Shown here: piece after piece, positions 62,745 to 64,000 of the stretch
Position numbering within the stretch: position 1 is the stretch's first letter
Layout: every line of letters starts with the position of its first letter
From: Dehalococcoidia bacterium
GTDB taxonomy: Bacteria > Chloroflexota > Dehalococcoidia > Bin125
Length of the DNA stretch: 64,000 nt
Direction of reading: 5' to 3'
NCBI GenBank assembly: GCA_963662615.2
Contig: CAXXSR010000001.1
Location: forward strand, 1,600,001 to 1,664,000
The notes under the pieces: generated by a model
The model's database searches: none
Told to the model about the DNA's origin: nothing
Seen by the model: only the letters and a program-made list of their open reading frames with translations
Program-made: the position numbers and the translations under genes

Positions 62745-64000
62745 CCTGCGTCGACCTCCAAGGGCTCGTCGACTTCCCACTCCACCGGCCCGTCGTCGTA
62801 CTCCTCGACAGGTGCACTACTGGTAAACAGACCGTCGTCCCGCACGACCGGCGTGCCCAGCGCATCCTCGATGAGCTTCAGCAGGTTCTCGGCTCGGGTG
62901 GCATAGAACCCCCAAAAATCATCTAGGCGCAGAAGCTGCGCCGGGATCTGATGCGAGGCGAGAATTTCGTCCATCCGCTCCGGTACGATGCTTGCGTCTC
63001 TCTCCAGTGTGCCCAGATAGACCGATGGCGCCCGACCACCCACCTTGCGGTTCGTGTAGGCGGAGACGGCTGCCTTGTTGATGATGCTGTCGTAGGTCTT
63101 GTCCGCAATGCCCTGCTTCTGGCACCAGGCCTTGGGGAAGATGTGGTGGATATCGATCTTGTCGTCGAAGAAGGTTTGCGCCTCGATCCGTTCGCCGGTG
63201 CGGAAGTCTCGTCCGCCCTGGCGCATCAGCAGCGCGTGAACGCCTTTGTAGGCCGCGCTGTTCCTGGTGCGGAGTGTGAGGAGCCGATTCGCCTGAAAGT
63301 TCGCTTCGCCGATCGCGCTCGGAACACCATCACCGCCGCGCACCATGGCGACCACCTCTGGCAGATCGCGCGCGAAGCGCGTCTCGATCGCTCCGCCGTA
63401 CAGCTCTCCCAGGATGCCGCTCCAAAACCACCGAGCAATCTGCTGGCGAGCCGTGTCCGTCTCCGCCTCTTTCCCGAGATCCACCATGATCGCTGCCAGC
63501 GGAACGAGTTGCGTTCGGTAGGGAAGGTCCTTGGCGTTGAAGATGTTTTGATGATGCAAGAAGCGGGCGGCCTGGATGAATCCCGTCTCTGCTCTGTCCG
63601 CCCAAGCCTCGTAGTCAGCAACTCCCAAGCGCAGGATGTCGCGTCGGCGGCAGCCGATGCCCGGGGCGCTCTCGACACCGGTTCCTTCGCCACTGGCGTT
63701 CCTGCGGCGGGCCATCGTCGTCAGGAGCGAGATGACCTGCAAGAAGTCGTCACTTTGGATCCCACGCAGGACCGGATGCTCGCCCTTCAGGCGCTCCTCT
63801 CGCGCCCGCCAATCGTCGCGCAGCTGGAAGTTCTCGGCGGCGAAAGACGCTGTCAGGAGTTCGAAGACGCTGAGTGTCACGCCCCCCGTGTTGACCTTCT
63901 CGAAGACCAGGCATACCGCTTCCTTCGGCGTCTCCTTGCCCAGCGTGATGACGGGAATTTGGTACCCCTCGAACCGCTTGATGACGAGGCGCTCGAACGT
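62741..64000 (-). CDS. GmrSD-like (DUF262 + HNH/DUF1524) protein; 5' part outside the window
   Basis: VCLVFEKVNTGG..LSVFELL, LRTRNSAAYKG, DIHHIFPK, IINK, TNRKVG. Confidence 0.88.
   Translation of the reverse strand, partial: TFERLVIKRFEGYQIPVITLGKETPKEAVCLVFEKVNTGGVTLSVFELLTASFAAENFQLRDDWRAREERLKGEHPVLRGIQSDDFLQVISLLTTMARRRNASGEGTGVESAPGIGCRRRDILRLGVADYEAWADRAETGFIQAARFLHHQNIFNAKDLPYRTQLVPLAAIMVDLGKEAETDTARQQIARWFWSGILGELYGGAIETRFARDLPEVVAMVRGGDGVPSAIGEANFQANRLLTLRTRNSAAYKGVHALLMRQGGRDFRTGERIEAQTFFDDKIDIHHIFPKAWCQKQGIADKTYDSIINKAAVSAYTNRKVGGRAPSVYLGTLERDASIVPERMDEILASHQIPAQLLRLDDFWGFYATRAENLLKLIEDALGTPVVRDDGLFTSSAPVEEYDDGPVEWEVDEPLEVDAG

Larger units (their letters stand above)
42039..64000. 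mobile_element. Integrated, decaying mobile/defence island (right end outside the window)
   Basis: Abrupt change from metabolic genes to recombinases, IS elements and R-M/defence genes, with many lesions. Confidence 0.8.

Overview
High-GC bacterial DNA. The many LLM/F420-dependent oxidoreductases, enolase-superfamily enzymes and amidohydrolases suggest Chloroflexota/Dehalococcoidia (inference only). 1-41.9 kb is mostly metabolic and repair genes. It opens with the 3' half of a c-di-AMP (ydaO) riboswitch in front of a KamA-family aminomutase, and includes an isobutyryl-CoA-mutase-type B12 mutase subunit, arginase, an Lhr helicase, Ogt and a membrane protein resembling human CLN6. From about 42.0 kb to the window end lies a decaying mobile/defence island. 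It carries a large serine recombinase (one in-frame TAG) coupled to an RHH gene, and a tandem pair of paralogous tyrosine recombinases, one with all catalytic residues and one without. It also carries a coupled two-gene module: a Gly2-starting helical protein plus a QatC/QueC-like enzyme fused to a winged helix, with no qatA or qatD. The rest is nested IS3 elements, a 5'-truncated TM0106-type nuclease, a RelE-like/UvrD fusion, a broken type III R-M system, an hsdS remnant and a GmrSD-like gene. The best candidates for an undescribed system are the QueC-wHTH module and the active/inactive tyrosine recombinase pair. All family assignments come from motif recognition by eye; no searches were run.
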